From contig CAZFSN010000060.1 of NCBI GenBank assembly GCA_964521815.1, positions 1 to 14,765 on the forward strand: a DNA stretch of 14,765 nucleotides, written 5' to 3'. A model generated the notes under the pieces. It was not told the origin of the DNA, did not search any database, and worked only from the letters and a program-made list of their open reading frames with translations. The translations under genes were made by a program, and so were the position numbers. Shown here one piece after another: positions 8,076-14,765 of this stretch. Position 1 is the stretch's first letter. Each line of letters begins with the position of its first letter. This DNA comes from an uncultured Ignavibacteria bacterium (GTDB taxonomy: Bacteria > Zixibacteria > MSB-5A5 > UBA10806 > 4484-95).

Positions 8076-8191
8076 ATGTGGGCGACAGACGTCCTCGTCT
8101 GCTCCGCTGTTTGTTTCGCTGAGGAACGGGCAGACCGGGAGGTCTGCCGCGCACCAAGCTTGATAACATCAAAAAAATACGGAGAAAACTC

Positions 8192-9316
8192 ATGCAGCCA
8201 ATATACCTCGATTATAACGCCACCACGCCGATAGACCCACGCGTCGCCGAAGCGATGTTGCCATATATACACACTCATTTCGGTAATCCATCCAGCGGGC
8301 ATGTTTACGGGCAGATTACTAAAAAAGCGGTGGATAACGCCCGCAATCAGATAGCCGGGATGATTGGTTGTTTGCCCGATGAGGTAATTTTCGCCAGCGG
8401 CGGGACGGAATCGAATAATTATGCCATAAAAGGCGTGGCTCTGGCTTATAAGGCCAAAGGCAATCATATCATTACCTCGGCTGTAGAACATCCAGCGGTG
8501 ATCGAGGTGTGCCGCTATCTGGAAAAGCAGGGCTTTCGGATCACCTATCTGCCGGTCGATCAATACGGCCTGGTCGATCCCGGTCAGGTAGAAAGCGCTA
8601 TCACCGGCGAGACTATATTGATATCGATTATGCAGGCGAATAACGAGGTCGGTACTATCGAACCGATTGCCGAAATCGCTGATATAGCTTATCGCCATAA
8701 CGTGCTGATGCACACCGATAGCGCGCAAGCCGTCGGTAAAATTCCCGTGCGTGTCAATCAACTCAATGTCGATTTGCTGTCGATAGCCGGGCATAAGCTT
8801 TATGCTCCTAAAGGAATCGGAGCTTTATATATCAGAAGCGGAGTGAAGCTTGAGAAGCTGATACACGGCGCTAACCATGAAATGAACTTGCGGGCCGGTA
8901 CCGAAAATGTAATCGAAATAGTCGGCCTAGGCGAGGCTTGCGCTTTAATCGAACAGGATTTTGATAAACATTACGAGCGCATGAAAAAAATGCGAGATCG
9001 ACTCGAAGAAGGATTAAAGCGACTCGCTTTCGATATCAAAATAAACGGCCATCCCGATAAACGCTTGCCGAATACTTGCAGTGTCAGTTTCAAAGGCTTG
9101 AAAGCCAACGGAATCCTCGATAAGATGAGAAGCGTGGCAGCTTCCGCCGGTGCGGCCTGTCATACTGATAACATTAAAATTTCCAGCGTGCTTGAAGCTA
9201 TGAGCGTACCAATAGATTACGCTATGGGCACGATACGCTTTTCGGTAGGTCGTTTTACGACTACTGATGAGATTGATCAAGCTTTGGCTGATGTTGCGAA
9301 GGCTGTTAGCGTATAG
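8192..9316 (+). CDS. nifS: Cysteine desulfurase, class-V aminotransferase family (NifS/IscS-like), 374 aa
   Basis: RBS ACGGAG at 8-nt spacing. The PLP-lysine motif SIAGHKLYAPKGIGALYIR is present, as are the N-terminal YLDYNATTP and GNPSS blocks typical of NifS/IscS. A C-terminal Cys sits in ASAGAACHTDN. No iscU/nifU scaffold gene lies adjacent. Confidence 0.9.
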   Translation: MQPIYLDYNATTPIDPRVAEAMLPYIHTHFGNPSSGHVYGQITKKAVDNARNQIAGMIGCLPDEVIFASGGTESNNYAIKGVALAYKAKGNHIITSAVEHPAVIEVCRYLEKQGFRITYLPVDQYGLVDPGQVESAITGETILISIMQANNEVGTIEPIAEIADIAYRHNVLMHTDSAQAVGKIPVRVNQLNVDLLSIAGHKLYAPKGIGALYIRSGVKLEKLIHGANHEMNLRAGTENVIEIVGLGEACALIEQDFDKHYERMKKMRDRLEEGLKRLAFDIKINGHPDKRLPNTCSVSFKGLKANGILDKMRSVAASAGAACHTDNIKISSVLEAMSVPIDYAMGTIRFSVGRFTTTDEIDQALADVAKAVSV

Positions 9317-9334
9317 GATTTCAAGCGTTTAATA

Positions 9335-9405
9335 GTAGTCGGGTCAGGGGACCCGACTACACGGGAACGTGCTGCCGGGTGCCCTCACCCGGCAGCTTTT
9401 TTGTT
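9335..9405. terminator. Tandem-hairpin bidirectional terminator between convergent nifS (+) and pmbA (-)
   Basis: Hairpin 1: gtagtcgggtc (9335-9345) / gacccgactac (9350-9360), 11 bp. Hairpin 2: gctgccgggtg (9371-9381) / cacccggcagc (9386-9396), 11 bp, followed by TTTTTTGTT (9397-9405) on the plus strand. Hairpin 1 is followed by an A/T-rich tract on the minus strand. Confidence 0.75.
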
Positions 9406-9407
9406 CG

Positions 9408-10730
9408 CTATACCCCGCTGAATTGCACATTCTTGAAATAAAAGCTTGGGCGACGATTCGATGAATAGATATACGGGTCATTACCGACTTCGGCCAGTTG
9501 ATTCCAAAAATCGGTTAAATTGCCGGATATATTCATCTCGTTAACCGGCTGAATAATTTTACCATCTTCGATATATTTGCCGACTATGCCAAATGAAAAA
9601 TCGCCGGTGGTCGAATTGGAGTTGCCGCCTATGAAATCGGTTATCAGGAAGCCTTTTTTGATATCCTTGATCATCTCTTCAGGGGATCTGGAGCCATATT
9701 CGAAAACGGTATTAGTCGCCGACGCGATGGTCGGTTCCATGCCCAGTTTCCGGCCATAGTAATTGTCGACATAGTATGATTTCAGCACACCCTTATCGAT
9801 CATCACCCGGCGCTTGGTGGCCATGCCTTCGCCATCGAAAGTTTGCGAACCTAAGCCCGTCTTGATGAACGGATCGTCTATCGCTGTCAACTTGTCGGAG
9901 GCGATTTTCTGATCGAGCTTGCCTTCTAAAAACGATCTTTTCTGCTGAAGTGAACTTGCCCTCATGGGGCCGGCTAAGCTGCCTAAAATTCTGCCGGCGG
10001 CCCGGTTTTCGATCACCATGTCATATGTGCCGGAAGCCATTTTGGTTTGGCCTATTTTATCCAAAGCGCGCTTGACGGCGAAATTTGCCATTATTTCCGG
10101 AGAAGGCAAATCGTTGAAGAACCTTACAGTCCGCCAGTCCCAATCATTTGGGCGACCTTTATCGCCGTCCTTGACAGTGACATCAACGCCGCCGGCAAAA
10201 CTTGTCCCCTGGCGGGTGCCCTCGAAACCGTTGCTATGGACTTTTACCGTGTCATAAGACGAATCGGAGTAATAGGCCGTACAAGTAATAATCTTATCGC
10301 TTAAACCCAGCGTGATGTCTTGAATTTCTTTGGCGATTTTGACTCTTGTTTCCGAATTGACCTTTCCGTAGGCCGGGTCAACCAATTCCAGGTCGATATT
10401 TTGTTGCCCCTCGTAATATTTGGGATCGGGCAGCAAACGATATGGATCTTCGCTCAAATATTTAGTCATCGCCACCGCCTCATCGATAAATTTGGACAGC
10501 GTTTCTTTTTTAAGATCATTGGTGGAATGCGAAGAATATTTTTGGTTGGCATAGATCGACAAGCTTAAAGAATTCTGAGTTGAGTCTTTTAATTTATCAA
10601 GCTTATTATCGCGATATTCGACATCGATATCTCTTTGATTGACGATATTGACAGCCGCATCATCGGCGCCGGCCTTTTTCGCCTGGGTTACGACCCAATG
10701 GGCAAGCTCAAGTCTTTCTTTTTTATTCAT
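9408..10730 (-). CDS. pmbA: PmbA/TldE family protein (partner of TldD), 440 aa, no signal peptide
   Basis: PmbA_TldD-family architecture, including a C-terminal Gly-rich block (GNSNSTTGDFSFGIVGKYIEDGKI...) homologous to the TldD C-terminus but lacking HExxxH. Its start lies 55 nt downstream of the tldD stop on the same strand, after an AAGG RBS. Confidence 0.85.
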   Translation of the reverse strand: MNKKERLELAHWVVTQAKKAGADDAAVNIVNQRDIDVEYRDNKLDKLKDSTQNSLSLSIYANQKYSSHSTNDLKKETLSKFIDEAVAMTKYLSEDPYRLLPDPKYYEGQQNIDLELVDPAYGKVNSETRVKIAKEIQDITLGLSDKIITCTAYYSDSSYDTVKVHSNGFEGTRQGTSFAGGVDVTVKDGDKGRPNDWDWRTVRFFNDLPSPEIMANFAVKRALDKIGQTKMASGTYDMVIENRAAGRILGSLAGPMRASSLQQKRSFLEGKLDQKIASDKLTAIDDPFIKTGLGSQTFDGEGMATKRRVMIDKGVLKSYYVDNYYGRKLGMEPTIASATNTVFEYGSRSPEEMIKDIKKGFLITDFIGGNSNSTTGDFSFGIVGKYIEDGKIIQPVNEMNISGNLTDFWNQLAEVGNDPYIYSSNRRPSFYFKNVQFSGV

Positions 10731-10785
10731 AAATTGTACCTTGCTTTCAGATTAAAATTTACCTCGTTTGATCCTATCCCCGATT

Positions 10786-12330
10786 CTAAGCGTTAATTCC
10801 ACCGACTGTAATTGATGACACTTTGCAAGTCGGCAATCCATCCGACACCAGGCACCATTGGCCGTCTTTGCCGCAATAACCGCCGCCTTTAAATAATTCA
10901 AGGTCATTACCGACCATGACGATTTTGCTCAAAACATCCGGGCCATTGCCAATGATATTGACATCTTTGACGGGACTGGTAAGCTTGCCGTCTTCTATCA
11001 AGCGTCCGGTGCTGACATAGAATGTAAAATCGCCGGCGCCTATCTCGACCTGGCCATTGGTAAAGGTTTCCGTGTAAAGGCCTTTTTTGACGCTTTTAAT
11101 TATCTCTTCTTTAGTATGAGGTCCGGGCAACATGTAAGTGTTTCTCATTCTGGGGATTGGCGGATTACGGAAATCCTGCCGTCGTCCATTGCCGGTCGGT
11201 TTGACTTTGTAATATCTGGAACTGATCCGGTCGTGCATGTAGCTTCTTAAGATACCATCTCTGACCAGATATGTCATTTCTGTGTCGTTGGCTTCATCAT
11301 CGACATTTATGGAACCGCGAAGATTCGGATTCGTGCCGTCATCGACGATAGAGACGAAACTTTCCGCGACAGGCTTATCAATTTTATCCGCGAAAATCGA
11401 AATACCCTTGCGGTTGAAGTCGGCCTCCATGCCGTGGCCGATCGCTTCATGAAGTAAAATGCCGGAATCACCGGCGGCCAGTACAACTTCCATCTCGCCG
11501 GCTTCCGGTTTTACAGCCTCAAATAAATCAACGGTGCGGGTGACCGCCTCTTTGGCCATAAAATCGAGTTTCTCCGGGGTGAAATATTCGATTCCTGCCC
11601 GAGGTCCAAGGCTGTAGTAATTTTCCTCACGTTGGCCATTTTGTTCGGCTACGCAGGTTACGGATACAGTCGTCATCGGCCGATAGTCACAGACAACCCG
11701 GCCTTCGGAAGTAACTATTAAAACGTAAGAGCTCTCATCCTCGAACCAGATACGGGTCTTGATAATTCGATTATCCAAAGCGAAAGTCTTGTCATTAATT
11801 CTTTCAAGATAGGGTATTTTTTTATCGATTCCCACGTCTTCCCATAATGTTTCGATAGGATAGTAATTAGGCGTTTGATGAAATTTCAGTTCCTTCGGAG
11901 GGAGGTTTTTGCTTTCGCTCGCGATATTCGAGGCTGTCTTGGCCGCCAGCTTCATCGCTTCCGGGGATACTTCCTCCGTGAAAGAATAGCCGGTCTGTTC
12001 GCCCTCGATAACCCGGATACCGACGCCGAAATCGATATTGCTGTAGGCGCGGTTGACAGCTTTATCCTCAAGACCGATCCAATTGCTGATTCGGTGTTGG
12101 AAGAAGATATCGCAGTAATCGCCGCCCTTGTCCAACGCCGCCGCCATCACATCCCGGATAGTTTTTTCATCTACGCCGAAATGTGAATAGTAATCTTTCA
12201 AGTTGCGTTGTTGACCGAGTGGGCCGGCGAAAGCTGACAACGGGTTTAATTTAAAAAAGATCGGAACCGATACCAACGCTATTCCGGCGGCGCCGGTTTT
12301 GATAAATTTTCTGCGCGACATTTCTTTCAT
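10786..12330 (-). CDS. tldD: TldD family zinc metalloprotease with an N-terminal twin-arginine (Tat) signal, 514 aa
   Basis: The N-terminus MKEMSRRKFIKTGAAGIALVSVPIFF matches the S-R-R-x-F-x-K Tat pattern followed by a hydrophobic core. The catalytic motif HEAIGHGMEADF (HExxxH) is present, as is the C-terminal block GNGPDVLSKIVMVGNDLEL...GGYCGKDGQ typical of TldD. The RBS is AGGGAG. Confidence 0.9.
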   Translation of the reverse strand: MKEMSRRKFIKTGAAGIALVSVPIFFKLNPLSAFAGPLGQQRNLKDYYSHFGVDEKTIRDVMAAALDKGGDYCDIFFQHRISNWIGLEDKAVNRAYSNIDFGVGIRVIEGEQTGYSFTEEVSPEAMKLAAKTASNIASESKNLPPKELKFHQTPNYYPIETLWEDVGIDKKIPYLERINDKTFALDNRIIKTRIWFEDESSYVLIVTSEGRVVCDYRPMTTVSVTCVAEQNGQREENYYSLGPRAGIEYFTPEKLDFMAKEAVTRTVDLFEAVKPEAGEMEVVLAAGDSGILLHEAIGHGMEADFNRKGISIFADKIDKPVAESFVSIVDDGTNPNLRGSINVDDEANDTEMTYLVRDGILRSYMHDRISSRYYKVKPTGNGRRQDFRNPPIPRMRNTYMLPGPHTKEEIIKSVKKGLYTETFTNGQVEIGAGDFTFYVSTGRLIEDGKLTSPVKDVNIIGNGPDVLSKIVMVGNDLELFKGGGYCGKDGQWCLVSDGLPTCKVSSITVGGINA

Positions 12331-12611
12331 CGCTGACTCCCTTTATATGATGTGTACACTTACCCACTAAGTTTTATTTGATAAATCTCGGCCATTCTAT
12401 TAATAATATACTGGTTTTCTGGAGATGTTCCCCACTTTTTTTGTACGAAATTGAAAATATTTTTGACTTGCTTACACTATGTGTTAATTAGAAAAACATC
12501 AAAAAATCTGAAAGATTTTAAAATTGATCTTGATTGGCAAACGTGCTGTTGCAAATTACTTAATTTAAGCTGAATTATTAATCAATCTGTTCGATAAAGG
12601 ATAATAACTGT

Positions 12612-12639
12612 TTGACAATTAATAGATTAACAGTAAAAT
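12612..12639 (+). promoter_or_regulatory. Candidate sigma70-type promoter (TTGACA-16-TAAAAT) for the carboxyltransferase operon
   Basis: An exact -35 hexamer and a 5/6 -10 hexamer with a 16-bp spacer. This would give a leader of about 115 nt. Sequence pattern only. Confidence 0.3.
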
Positions 12640-12759
12640 CTCGGGATTTTGATTTGATTTAGAGAAAAGCAGGAAAATATTTTTAAGTCCTTGACACAAG
12701 CCGACGTTTATATACATTTCCGGCGAATAAATAAAGAATCTGGACAAGGTAAATAAATT

Positions 12760-14310
12760 ATGTCTAAAGCAAAAATAGAACAGCTTAAAAAAACACGGGC
12801 CAAACTTATCCTGGGCGGCGGCGAAAAACGCATAGCCAAACAGCATGAGCTGGGCAAACTGACGGCGCGCGAAAGAATTGACCTTTTATTCGAGCCCAAT
12901 ACGTTTCGCGAATCACTGCTTTTCATGAAACATCGCTGTACCAGTTTCGATATGGAAGGCAAAGAATTCCACGGCGAAGGAGTCATCACCGGCCACGGCA
13001 TAGCTGATGGCCGCCCTGTTTATGTTGCCAGCCAGGATTTCACCGTTGCCGGCGGTTCGGTCGGCGAAGCGACCGGCATGAAAATTCAGCAGGCCATGGA
13101 TGCCGCTTTAAAAACCGGCGATCCTTTTGTCATGATTAATGATTCAGGGGGCGCCCGTATTCAGGAGGGCGTCGATTCCCTGTCGAGCTATGGCGGCATA
13201 TTTTACCGAAATGTGCTTCTTTCGGGCGTTGTACCGCAGATAAGCATTATCGCCGGACCTTGCGCGGGGGGAGCGGCGTATTCGCCGGCCTTGACTGATT
13301 TCATCATTCAAATTCGCGATGAGGGTCAGATGTATATCACCGGCCCGCTGGTTATAAAAGAAGTCACCGGCGAGGAGATAACCGCCGAACAATTAGGCGG
13401 TGTCGAAAGCCATGCCTATTATTCCGGTGTCGTACATTTTATCGCTGAAAACGATGAAGATGCTATTAATATCACCAAGCGATTGCTTTCGTTTTTACCC
13501 AGCAACAACACCGAGGACCCGCCCTTTGTGCCGGAATTGCATGATGAGGAAATCGTACCGGATGAATCCCTTAATGCGATTATCCCGGATGATTCGAAAG
13601 AACCTTACGACATGCACGAGGTAATATTGGGCATACTCGATAAAGATGATTTTCTGGAAATACAGGAACATTTCGCGCCTAATATTATCGTCGGTTTTGG
13701 CCGATTGACCGGCTTTACTGTCGGCGTGGTTGCCAATCAACCGCTGAATAAAGCCGGGGTGTTGGATATCAATTCATCGGATAAAGCCTCGCGTTTTATA
13801 CGTTTTTGCAATGCCTTCAATATCCCTATTCTGACATTTGTCGATGTGCCGGGTTTCATGCCGGGTGTCCAGCAGGAATATGGCGGAATTATCCGTCACG
13901 GGGCCAAGATGCTTTTCGCGTACGCGGCGGCGACTGTGCCTAAAATCACACTGGTCGTGCGCAAGGCTTATGGCGGAGCTTTTCTGGCTATGTGCGCCAA
14001 GAGCATGGGCGCGGATATGCTTTGCGCCTGGCCCACCGCCGAAATAGCGGTGATGGGCGCCGAAGGCGCGGTGAATGTTTTGTACCGTAAGGAAATCAGC
14101 GAAGCCGAAGATACCAAGGCGGAACGGGCTAAAAAGATCGATGAATACAAAGACACTTTCGCCAATCCTTATTTCGCGGCCGCCCGAGGCCTGGTCGATG
14201 AAATATTAGAACCGGCTGATACCCGAGCCTATCTGGCTTCGGCGTTAGAAGTCCTGAAGGCCAAACGAGAACTGAGGCCCCAGAAAAAGCACGGGCTGAT
14301 TCCCCTTTAA
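12760..14310 (+). CDS. mmdA: Biotin-dependent carboxyltransferase subunit (propionyl-CoA carboxylase beta / methylmalonyl-CoA decarboxylase alpha family), 516 aa
   Basis: The N-terminus MSKAKIEQLKKTRAKLILGGGEKRIAKQHELGKLTARERIDLL is near-identical in pattern to PccB/MmdA N-termini. Two carboxyltransferase halves are present (GGSVGEATG... and ...GGAFLAMCAK...AWPTAEIAVMGAEGAVNVL). The symbol is tentative, based on downstream gene content. Confidence 0.85.
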   Translation: MSKAKIEQLKKTRAKLILGGGEKRIAKQHELGKLTARERIDLLFEPNTFRESLLFMKHRCTSFDMEGKEFHGEGVITGHGIADGRPVYVASQDFTVAGGSVGEATGMKIQQAMDAALKTGDPFVMINDSGGARIQEGVDSLSSYGGIFYRNVLLSGVVPQISIIAGPCAGGAAYSPALTDFIIQIRDEGQMYITGPLVIKEVTGEEITAEQLGGVESHAYYSGVVHFIAENDEDAINITKRLLSFLPSNNTEDPPFVPELHDEEIVPDESLNAIIPDDSKEPYDMHEVILGILDKDDFLEIQEHFAPNIIVGFGRLTGFTVGVVANQPLNKAGVLDINSSDKASRFIRFCNAFNIPILTFVDVPGFMPGVQQEYGGIIRHGAKMLFAYAAATVPKITLVVRKAYGGAFLAMCAKSMGADMLCAWPTAEIAVMGAEGAVNVLYRKEISEAEDTKAERAKKIDEYKDTFANPYFAAARGLVDEILEPADTRAYLASALEVLKAKRELRPQKKHGLIPL

Positions 14311-14318
14311 GGGAAGGA

Positions 14319-14669
14319 ATGATCATGACGGAAATGATTATTTTCAGTTTGAGGTTTTCCGCTATCGCTCTGCTAATAGTATTTGGCGCGCTGGCTCTAA
14401 TATCATTCATAATCTCCTTAATAAAGCGGGCGGATGATAGCTGGCAAACGCGCGAAAATTCTCAGGCGGCGGCGGCTTTGGAAAAAGAACCCAGCATCGA
14501 TTCGCTTACTCTGGTTTTATTAACCGCCGCGGCGGCCACTATTTTGCAAGGGAGATTTTATATAAAGCGAGTCAGACGACTTATGCCGGCAACCTCGGCC
14601 AAAGGAACGTGGTCGCTTCAAGGGCGGGCTGTGCTTCTGGGTTCGCATATCATCGGCAAGAAACGATGA
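14319..14669 (+). CDS. Small membrane protein, OadG/MmdD-like subunit of a Na+-translocating decarboxylase (N-terminal TM anchor plus Ala-rich linker)
   Basis: RBS GGAAGGA sits immediately upstream. The N-terminus MIMTEMIIFSLRFSAIALLIVFGALALISFIISLI is a single hydrophobic helix, followed by a charged segment and an Ala-rich linker (SQAAAALEKEP...LLTAAAATIL). It lies between a carboxyltransferase gene and a biotin-carrier gene, as in mmdADC/oadGAB operons. The start could instead be the ATG at 14325. The C-terminal ~35 aa are basic and of uncertain authenticity. Confidence 0.5.
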   Translation: MIMTEMIIFSLRFSAIALLIVFGALALISFIISLIKRADDSWQTRENSQAAAALEKEPSIDSLTLVLLTAAAATILQGRFYIKRVRRLMPATSAKGTWSLQGRAVLLGSHIIGKKR

Positions 14670-14724
14670 CCGGTTTTGAAAAGTGAACTGTCAATGTGAA
14701 TAAAATTATTTTTATGAGGCAGAT

Positions 14725-14765
14725 ATGAAATTAAAAATAACGGTACATGGCATAGCTTACGAAGT
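14725..14765 (+). CDS. 5' end of a biotin carboxyl-carrier subunit gene, truncated by the window edge
   Basis: GAGG RBS 5 nt upstream. The N-terminus MKLKITVHGIAYEV matches the conserved start of biotin-carrier subunits of decarboxylases/carboxylases (MKKxKITVNGxxYEVEVE pattern). Only 13 codons are visible. Confidence 0.45.
   Translation, partial: MKLKITVHGIAYE

Noticed and set aside
7906-8163. 85-aa plus-strand ORF spanning the floT-nifS spacer
   Set aside because: It runs straight through three hairpin structures and a terminator. It has no RBS and its Ser/Ala/Arg-rich composition is unlike the neighbouring proteins. The region is better explained as structured non-coding DNA or RNA.
8054-8794. 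246-aa ORF on the minus strand
   Set aside because: It is entirely antisense to the well-supported nifS CDS, which has the PLP-lysine motif, a good RBS and the expected length. It has no RBS and its composition is Arg/Gly/His-rich, typical of an antisense frame artefact.
11875-12186. 103-aa plus-strand ORF
   Set aside because: It is antisense within tldD. No RBS and no motifs.
12534-12556. Possible sigma-54 promoter (TGGCA...TTGCA)
   Set aside because: The GG-to-GC spacing is 15 nt instead of the required 12. It is recorded only as a direct repeat, a possible transcription-factor site.
1-14765. Mobile elements, CRISPR arrays, tRNA/rRNA and defence or toxin-antitoxin gene pairs
   Set aside because: I searched for direct-repeat arrays, transposase/integrase-like ORFs, tRNA-like cloverleaf ends and small paired ORFs. 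None is present. The gene content is housekeeping or envelope-related, with uniform composition.

Overview
The window reads as an ordinary chromosomal (core-genome) stretch, about 45% GC, from a Gram-negative bacterium outside Bacteroidetes proper but within the wider T9SS-bearing group. Evidence for this placement: the first gene ends in a textbook type IX secretion (T9SS) C-terminal sorting domain, and almost every gene has a strong Shine-Dalgarno site. I support 13 protein-coding genes, in order: (1) a secreted, Ser/Gly/Thr-rich T9SS cargo protein of unknown function carrying an atypical C-x3-C-H motif; (2) on the minus strand, a signal-peptide-bearing M3B oligoendopeptidase F-like zinc peptidase (HEVGH); (3-4) a translationally coupled ABC ATPase plus MacB/FtsX-type permease pair; (5-6) an nfeD-flotillin (YuaF/FloT-like) operon; (7) a stand-alone class-V cysteine desulfurase (NifS/IscS family); (8-9) on the minus strand, a tldD-pmbA (TldD/TldE) metalloprotease operon in which only TldD carries a twin-arginine signal; (10-12) the start of a Na+-translocating methylmalonyl-CoA decarboxylase-type operon (carboxyltransferase alpha, OadG-like small membrane subunit, first 13 codons of a biotin-carrier subunit). 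I see no CRISPR array, transposase, integrase, tRNA or rRNA. I could not identify a clear-cut undescribed multi-gene system. The features most worth a second look are: a roughly 100-nt nested-palindrome element with 11-bp terminal inverted repeats in the flotillin-nifS spacer; a recurring GCCGGG/CCCGGC terminator stem, including a tandem bidirectional terminator; the exported TldD with signal-less PmbA (possible Tat hitch-hiking); and the T9SS cargo protein with a possible heme-c-like motif.
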